Notes under the pieces: generated by a model
What the model was told of the DNA's origin: nothing
Database searches by the model: none
The model's input: only the letters and a program-made list of their open reading frames with translations
Program-made: the position numbers and the translations under genes
Assembly: GCA_903899705.1 (NCBI GenBank)
Contig: CAIUKQ010000105.1
Location: 1 to 63,460 of the forward strand
Length of the DNA stretch: 63,460 nt
Reading direction: 5' to 3'
Source: an uncultured beta proteobacterium
GTDB taxonomy: Bacteria; Pseudomonadota; Gammaproteobacteria; Burkholderiales; SG8-39
Part shown: piece by piece, positions 58,323 through 63,460 of the stretch
Position numbering within the stretch: the stretch's first letter is position 1
How the letters are laid out: the number at the start of each line of letters is the position of its first letter

Positions 58323-59642
58323 ATGGCTGCCACGCATAAAGAACCAGTAGTTGTCACCTGTATCGGGCCTTTGAACGGGCCTGCAAGCAGTTTGCTCACA
58401 TGGGTGGAGCAGCGCTTCCCGATGATGGAAAACTGGCGCAATCACCTTGCCGAATACTATGCTCCCAAGAATTTCAACTTCTGGTACTACTTCGGCTCGC
58501 TCGCCATGTTCGTGCTGGTGCTGCAGATAGTCACGGGCATCTTCCTGACCATGCATTACAAGCCCGATGCAAGTCAGGCGTTCGCGTCCGTGGAATACAT
58601 CATGCGCGAAGTGCCGTTCGGGTGGCTGGTGCGATACATGCATTCCACCGGGGCATCAGCCTTTTTCATCGTGGTGTATCTGCACATGCTTCGCGGGCTT
58701 CTGTACGGTTCCTATCGCCAGCCGCGCGAGCTGATATGGATCTTCGGCATGCTGATTTACCTTTGCCTGATGGCAGAGGCGTTTTTCGGTTACCTGCTTC
58801 CCTGGGGCCAGATGTCCTATTGGGGCGCGCAGGTGATCGTGAACCTCTTTACCAGCATCCCGTTCATCGGACCTGACCTTTCGCTTTGGATCCGGGGTGA
58901 CTATGTGGTCTCCGACGCCACTCTGAACCGCTTCTTTGCGTTTCATGTCATTGCCATTCCCCTGGTTCTGCTTGGACTGGTCACCGCACATTTGCTGGCG
59001 CTTCACGAGGTGGGGTCCAACAACCCCGACGGGATTGAAATCAATGACCACAAGGATGCAAAAGGGCGGCCTCTGGACGGAATACCGTTCCACCCCTATT
59101 ACATCGTCAAGGACGCCTACGGCGTGGTGGTTTTCCTGATTGTATTTGCCACCATTCTGTTCTTCATGCCGGAAATGGGCGGCTACTTCCTTGAGTACAA
59201 CAATTTCATTCCTGCGGACCCGCTCAAGACGCCGACGCACATCGCTCCTGTCTGGTACTTCACACCTTACTATTCAATTCTGCGAGCGGTGCCACCGATG
59301 TTCAATTCGCAGTTTCCCGGTGTCGCGGTATTCGGCATCGCAAGCGTCATCATGATTCTGCTTCCATGGCTTGACCGCAGCCCGGTGAAGTCGATCAGGT
59401 ACAAGGGCCCGATATTCAAATCGGCGCTTACCGTTTTCATCGTTGCGTTCCTAGTGCTTGGCTACCTGGGTACGGTGCCTACCAGTGAATGGGGTCAGTT
59501 TGGGGAATGGCTGGGCGGGGTCGATCGTGCGACGGTGGTTGCGCGAATCTGCTCTGTCGCCTACTTCGCGTTTTTCATATTGATGCCCTGGTATTCGGCA
59601 ATAGACAAGACCAAGGTGGTACCGCAACGGGTGACAGGATGA
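58323..59642 (+). CDS. petB: Cytochrome b
   Basis: 439 aa, multi-TM. ..NFWYYFGSLA.., ..RYMHSTGASAFF.. and ..PEWYFL-like VWYFTPYYSILR.. motifs. Confidence 0.95.
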   Translation: MAATHKEPVVVTCIGPLNGPASSLLTWVEQRFPMMENWRNHLAEYYAPKNFNFWYYFGSLAMFVLVLQIVTGIFLTMHYKPDASQAFASVEYIMREVPFGWLVRYMHSTGASAFFIVVYLHMLRGLLYGSYRQPRELIWIFGMLIYLCLMAEAFFGYLLPWGQMSYWGAQVIVNLFTSIPFIGPDLSLWIRGDYVVSDATLNRFFAFHVIAIPLVLLGLVTAHLLALHEVGSNNPDGIEINDHKDAKGRPLDGIPFHPYYIVKDAYGVVVFLIVFATILFFMPEMGGYFLEYNNFIPADPLKTPTHIAPVWYFTPYYSILRAVPPMFNSQFPGVAVFGIASVIMILLPWLDRSPVKSIRYKGPIFKSALTVFIVAFLVLGYLGTVPTSEWGQFGEWLGGVDRATVVARICSVAYFAFFILMPWYSAIDKTKVVPQRVTG

Positions 59643-60478
59643 GCGCCATGACTCAAGCTGCGAAATTCTTCTCACGCGCGCTGGCGTGTTTCACACTGGT
59701 CGTTGCCCCGATATTTATTCCGACGGCGCTTGCGTCATCGGGAGAGGGCAAACTGGACCGCGCACCGATTGATCTGCGAGATGCGGCCAGCCTTCAGTCC
59801 GGGGCCAAGGTGTTTGTCAATTACTGCCTCAATTGTCACGCAGCTTCCATGATGCGTTACAACCGCATGCGTGACCTGGGGCTTTCGGATATCCAGATCA
59901 AGGACAACCTTCTGTTTACCGCCGAAAAAGTGGGCGAGATGATGAATGTCGGGATGACCCGAAAGGATGCCAAGGAGTGGTTTGGTGCGGCCCCCCCGGA
60001 TCTCTCGGTACTTGCAAGGGCGCGCGGGGCGGATTGGCTGTATACCTACTTGCGGTCGTTTTATCGCGACCCGGCCACCCCGACAGGCTGGAATAACCTG
60101 TTGTTTGAAAAGGTTGCGATGCCACATGCGCTGTGGCCGCTATCCGGGCAGGCGGCACTGGATGTCCGTGAATTCAAAACGGACGAGGCTGCTATCGCGG
60201 CAAAAGTGCAGACGCGCACGTATTCCCGGATTGATGAAAGTGGTGAGGGAGACGCAAAGCTTTTCCTGCTCAAATCCACCAAGATTGTGACGCCCGGGGC
60301 GCAAACCGCAGCTCAGTACGACGCAACGGTTCGTGACCTGGTGACTTATCTTGTTTGGATGTCCGAGCCGGACCAGCTTTACCGCAAGCATGTCGGTATC
60401 GTGGTTCTTTATGTGCTGCTTATCCTTTTGGTCCTGACCTTCGCGCTATACAAGAACTTCTGGAAAGACGTTCACTGA
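59639..60478 (+). CDS. petC: Cytochrome c1
   Basis: ORF trimmed to MSAMTQAAKFF (ATGA overlap with petB). Signal peptide, heme site CLNCHA, C-terminal TM anchor. Confidence 0.92.
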   Translation: MSAMTQAAKFFSRALACFTLVVAPIFIPTALASSGEGKLDRAPIDLRDAASLQSGAKVFVNYCLNCHAASMMRYNRMRDLGLSDIQIKDNLLFTAEKVGEMMNVGMTRKDAKEWFGAAPPDLSVLARARGADWLYTYLRSFYRDPATPTGWNNLLFEKVAMPHALWPLSGQAALDVREFKTDEAAIAAKVQTRTYSRIDESGEGDAKLFLLKSTKIVTPGAQTAAQYDATVRDLVTYLVWMSEPDQLYRKHVGIVVLYVLLILLVLTFALYKNFWKDVH

Positions 60479-60496
60479 TTAACTGAACATTCAGAG

Positions 60497-60526
60497 GGCG
60501 CGGCTCCCCGGGGCCGCGCCTTTTTC
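60497..60526 (+). terminator. Rho-independent terminator after petC
   Basis: GGCGCGGC(60497-504)-loop-GCCGCGCC(60513-520) followed by TTTTT. Confidence 0.8.
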
Positions 60527-60553
60527 TTCTGGAATGCAATCGAGGTAAAGCAA

Positions 60554-61153
60554 ATGATGAATCTATATTCCGGAACCACTTGCCCGTTCTCACAACGCTG
60601 CCGCATTGTGCTTTACGAAAAAGGCATGGATTTTCAGATCATTGATGTCGACATGTACAACAAGCCCGAAGACATTGCCGTGATGAATCCGTACAACCGG
60701 CTTCCGGTGTTGGTCGAGCGGGATCTGATTCTGTACGAAGCCAATATCATCAATGAATACATTGACGAGCGGTTCCCTCATCCGCAATTGATGCCGGCCG
60801 ACCCAGTGATGCGCGCGCGCGCGCGACTGTTCCTGTTCAATTTCGAGACTGAGTTGTTTTCACACATCGAAATGCTCGAGAAAGGCAATCAAAAGCAGCA
60901 GGAGCGTGCCCGGCAGCAGGTTGCCGAGCGCCTCACGGAACTGGCGCCTGTGTTCCAAAAGCAGAAGTACATGCTTGGTGATGAGTTTTCGATGCTGGAT
61001 GTCGCCATATCGCCATTGCTCTGGAGAGTCGACTTCTATGGCATTTCCCTTCCAAAAACAGCAGCGCCGTTGATGAAGTATGCGGAGCGGTTGTTTTCAC
61101 GGCCTGCTTTCATAGAGGCGTTGACACCTTCAGAAAAGGTGATGCGCAAGTAA
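60554..61153 (+). CDS. sspA: Stringent starvation protein A (GST-like)
   Basis: 199 aa. ..SGTTCPFSQRCRIVLYEKG.. and ..YEANIINEYIDERFPHPQLMP.. motifs. Confidence 0.93.
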   Translation: MMNLYSGTTCPFSQRCRIVLYEKGMDFQIIDVDMYNKPEDIAVMNPYNRLPVLVERDLILYEANIINEYIDERFPHPQLMPADPVMRARARLFLFNFETELFSHIEMLEKGNQKQQERARQQVAERLTELAPVFQKQKYMLGDEFSMLDVAISPLLWRVDFYGISLPKTAAPLMKYAERLFSRPAFIEALTPSEKVMRK

Positions 61154-61210
61154 TCGCCAGCGTCGCCTGGCTCAGATCTGCCGGCGCAATGAGCAATGTG
61201 AGGGCCTTGA

Positions 61211-61642
61211 ATGGTCAATAACGTGTCCGGGATTCCATCCACCAAGCCGTATATGCTTCGTGCCCTCTACGAATGGTGCGTTGACAACGCGTTTACTCCC
61301 TATATATCGGTAGTCGTTAATGCCGATACGCGGGTTCCCATGGAATACGTGCGTGACGGCAAAATTGTCCTGAATATCGGCCCGCTCGCGTCCAATCGCC
61401 TGCAGATCGGTCAGGATCGGCTCGATTTTGCCGTGCGCTTTGGTGGCGTCGCGCGGGAAATCTCTGTGCCCATATCGGCGATCAGGGAGATTTATGCCAA
61501 AGAGAATGGATTGGGCATGGCCTTTGCAGACGTGCTGGAAGGCGCGGTTCGCAAGGGTGACGATTTGACTGGAACTACGCCTAATCCAGTTCCTGAACCT
61601 CCGGCCCCAGGGGGGCGACCGAATTTGCGGCGAGTAAAGTAG
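61211..61642 (+). CDS. sspB: ClpXP adaptor / stringent starvation protein B
   Basis: 143 aa. KPYMLRALYEWCVDN.. and a C-terminal ClpX-binding tail ..RPNLRRVK. Confidence 0.92.
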   Translation: MVNNVSGIPSTKPYMLRALYEWCVDNAFTPYISVVVNADTRVPMEYVRDGKIVLNIGPLASNRLQIGQDRLDFAVRFGGVAREISVPISAIREIYAKENGLGMAFADVLEGAVRKGDDLTGTTPNPVPEPPAPGGRPNLRRVK

Positions 61643-61867
61643 CTGTTGCCTTGGAAATTCGTAATCAATTGAAAATAAAAGAAAATAAGCTTGTTCTGAC
61701 CGGTAAATCCAGCGTCGCTGGGCGATTTGGGTCAGAGTCGGTTATTCCAACGCATGGATTGGCCCAAACGTGAATTATTGACGCCAAATGCCGTAGAAGT
61801 ACGTGCAGGTTCATCGTTTCGATACTATTCTCTGCGCTACGCAATTTAATCCCCGGGAGGGACAGTC

Positions 61868-62092
61868 ATGCGTGAATTGAAAGCCGAAGAGTACTTGCAG
61901 GTCAGTGGTGGAGGCCGGAGAAAAAACCATTGCGGCGGCGGTCATGGCAGCAACCATGGCAGCAGCCACGGCAGCAGTCACGGTTCTGGACAGGATGGTA
62001 ATGGAGGCGGTGGCGGTACCGATCCGGCCGCAGTCTGCGCAGCCAGTGGCGGGACATGGGATGCTGGTAGCGGTGTCTGCATATTGCCCTAA
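61868..62092 (+). CDS. Double-glycine-leader, Gly/His/Ser-rich bacteriocin (class II microcin-like) precursor
   Basis: 74 aa with GGGAGG RBS 7 nt upstream. Leader MRELKAEEYLQVSGG fits the GG-leader consensus (M-15, L-12, E-8, Y-7, V-4, GG). The 59-aa core has 19 Gly, 8 Ser, 5 His, 3 Cys and four HGSx tetrads. Confidence 0.7.
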   Translation: MRELKAEEYLQVSGGGRRKNHCGGGHGSNHGSSHGSSHGSGQDGNGGGGGTDPAAVCAASGGTWDAGSGVCILP

Positions 62093-62135
62093 CATCAGCG
62101 GTTATTGTGTCGGTTAATATCTGACACGCCGCGAT

Positions 62136-62164
62136 AAAAAAGCCGCGAGTTCGCGGCTTTTTTT
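62136..62164 (+). terminator. Rho-independent terminator after the peptide gene
   Basis: A6-AGCCGCG(62141-47)-agtt-CGCGGCT(62152-58)-T7. Confidence 0.8.
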
Positions 62165-62211
62165 ATCTCTTTCTGAAATCACGAAGATTTAAAGGCAACG
62201 GGATCCACCAC

Positions 62212-63375
62212 ATGGGTCGCATTTCGACCAATAGGGGTAGGCAATTTGTCGCCGGGATCGGAACCTTGGCGCTTTTGCCCTGGCCTGCAGCGGTTGCCCA
62301 GGTTGAATTGTCGGACGGAATTCGACTGCGCAACGATACATCCCTCGCCTTTGCGGCAACAGTTCGAGGATCAGTTACACAAGGATCCGGAACGGCAGGA
62401 TTGGTCCGGCTAGGTGAAATGGCCCTTTCGGCACAACCGGCAATTCTCGTCGCAGAAGCACGCGCTCGCGCCGATATGGAAAAGCTCGAGCAAGCCCGCG
62501 GGGGGCTGAGGTCGACTGTCGGCGGGTCGCTGGGTTACGGACGCGAGTTGGCCAACAGCGGGTTGGCGTTCCCGTCTTCGAGTTTCACAGGGGGAGTGCT
62601 TCTGACCATTCCCTTGTTCCGGCCGCAAGCGGATGCGAGCATTGGCCAGGCGCGATTTCAGGAAACGTCCTCACGTTCTGCTGTAGCCGAAGCAGAGCAG
62701 GACGCGTTGTTTCGGGTAATTGATGCGTATCTCAACGCTTCCCAAGCCGAGGAGGAAAAAAGCCTCTATGACCAGGAGAGGGAGGTCCTTCTGGACCAGC
62801 GGCGCCTGAACCAGCGTCGAATGGACGGCGGGGTCGGCACACGTGTCGAGGTCATGGAGACTTCGGCCCGTGCTGAATCCATCCTTGCCCAGATGGAGGT
62901 CGTTCGTAACACCTATCGTTCACAACTCGCCGAGCTGAGCAGGTTATCCCGGTCTCCTGTGGCGGGGGTCAGCCGCATCCAAGACAGCCTTCCCTCCTTG
63001 GTGGTGCCTGCTCGTGTCGAAGATACGGTTGCCATCGCCAGATTGAAAAGCAGAGCCTTGGCCAGATTGGATGCCGCTTTGTCGGCGGCCAGAGCTGGCG
63101 TGGAAGTGCAACGTGCCGCACTGCAACCAACCGTCAATCTGGTTGGAAATATTGACCGAACACGCCTGTATTCCAGTGGTGCCGCAAGTACGATTCCATC
63201 CACGGGCGTTGGCGTGCAGTTCGCCATCCCGTTTTATACCGGGGGCGTCGGGGAATCCCGGATCAGGGAAACCCAAGCCCTGGCGGAGGGCACCCAGGCG
63301 CAGTATGAAGACGCCGCGAATATCCTCGAGACGGAATTGCGAAAGGTGCGTATTCCACGTCATCGTGACCGGTGA
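62212..63375 (+). CDS. TolC-family outer-membrane efflux protein, probably 3'-truncated
   Basis: Signal peptide (..LLPWPAAVA/QV) and two OEP-type repeats. The second repeat stops at ..ANILETELRKV and runs into unrelated RIPRHRDR*. About 70-80 C-terminal residues seem to be missing by comparison with its own first repeat. Confidence 0.7.
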   Translation: MGRISTNRGRQFVAGIGTLALLPWPAAVAQVELSDGIRLRNDTSLAFAATVRGSVTQGSGTAGLVRLGEMALSAQPAILVAEARARADMEKLEQARGGLRSTVGGSLGYGRELANSGLAFPSSSFTGGVLLTIPLFRPQADASIGQARFQETSSRSAVAEAEQDALFRVIDAYLNASQAEEEKSLYDQEREVLLDQRRLNQRRMDGGVGTRVEVMETSARAESILAQMEVVRNTYRSQLAELSRLSRSPVAGVSRIQDSLPSLVVPARVEDTVAIARLKSRALARLDAALSAARAGVEVQRAALQPTVNLVGNIDRTRLYSSGAASTIPSTGVGVQFAIPFYTGGVGESRIRETQALAEGTQAQYEDAANILETELRKVRIPRHRDR

Positions 63376-63439
63376 TTCCGCCGCATCGTGACCGAGGTTC
63401 CAGGGGATCGTGACCGCAATTCCGCGGCCATCGTGACCG
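63353..63439 (+). repeat. Four tandem 22-23 bp direct repeats, TTCCnnnnn(n)ATCGTGACCG
   Basis: Units start at 63353 (TTCCACGTCATCGTGACCG), 63376 (TTCCGCCGCATCGTGACCG), 63398 (TTCCAGGGGATCGTGACCG) and 63420 (TTCCGCGGCCATCGTGACCG). Confidence 0.9.
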
Positions 63440-63460
63440 ATGGAGTGGTTGTTGTATGGA

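Noticed and set aside
61943-61990. 12-nt periodic DNA repeat (CAYGGCAGCARC x4), checked as a possible CRISPR or VNTR
   Set aside because: It lies inside a CDS and simply encodes the HGSx tetrads. The period is far too short and there are no spacers, so it is not a CRISPR array. No CRISPR-like array exists anywhere in the window.
61811-62117. Two alternative ORFs over the peptide gene: 61905-62117 (+, Ala-rich, 70 aa) and 61811-62095 (-, 94 aa), considered as possible immunity proteins
   Set aside because: Their Ala/Thr/Val-rich sequence is the expected out-of-frame or antisense reading of GGC/AGC/CAC repeats. Neither has an RBS. Only the 61868 frame has an SD sequence and a position-by-position double-glycine leader. 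An overlapping immunity gene cannot be fully excluded.
63351-63359. TATTCCACG as a possible DnaA box
   Set aside because: It matches the TTATCCACA consensus at only 7 of 9 positions, and the CCAC core is absent from the other three repeat units. The repeat array is better described by its own TTCC...ATCGTGACCG consensus.

Overview
GC-rich chromosomal segment with beta-proteobacterial synteny. No rRNA, tRNA, CRISPR array, integrase or transposase gene is visible. About two thirds is conserved housekeeping DNA. Left core block (1-19 kb): coq7, an OsmC-like gene, a hydantoinase/oxoprolinase A+B pair, a 5'-nucleotidase, mutY, ubiX, then the rapZ-hprK-ptsN-hpf-rpoN-lptB-lptA-lptC-kdsC-kdsD cluster and a CPA2 K+/H+ antiporter. 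Right core block (40-61.6 kb): mlaFEDACB, an ABC-2 exporter pair, ibaG, murA, hisGDCBHAFIE, a HIT protein, tatABC, a DegS-like protease, petABC and sspAB. Two accessory regions stand out. (1) 19.07-39.94 kb, between the antiporter and mlaF, is a ~21 kb MSHA-like type IV filament locus with an unusual gene set. It has two nearly identical tandem major-pilin genes behind a textbook sigma-54 promoter. It has two ~455-aa paralogous pseudopilin-like proteins, each carrying two GspG-like modules. Its MshM/ExeA-type ATPase is fused to a SPOR-like domain, and its secretin is lipidated with low-complexity inserts. A PrsK/PrsR-like sensor kinase and sigma-54 activator pair is embedded in it, and an ABC transporter is split across both ends. 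No prepilin peptidase or retraction ATPase is present. (2) 61.65 kb to the window end contains a 74-aa double-glycine-leader, Gly/His/Ser-rich microcin-like peptide gene. It is followed by a TolC-family gene that looks 3'-truncated exactly where four tandem 22-23 bp direct repeats begin; these may be a transposon end or an iteron array cut by the window edge. In addition, the essential murA gene is split into two frames at a C7 homopolymer. All calls rest on reading the ORF translations and the DNA by eye; no database search was run.
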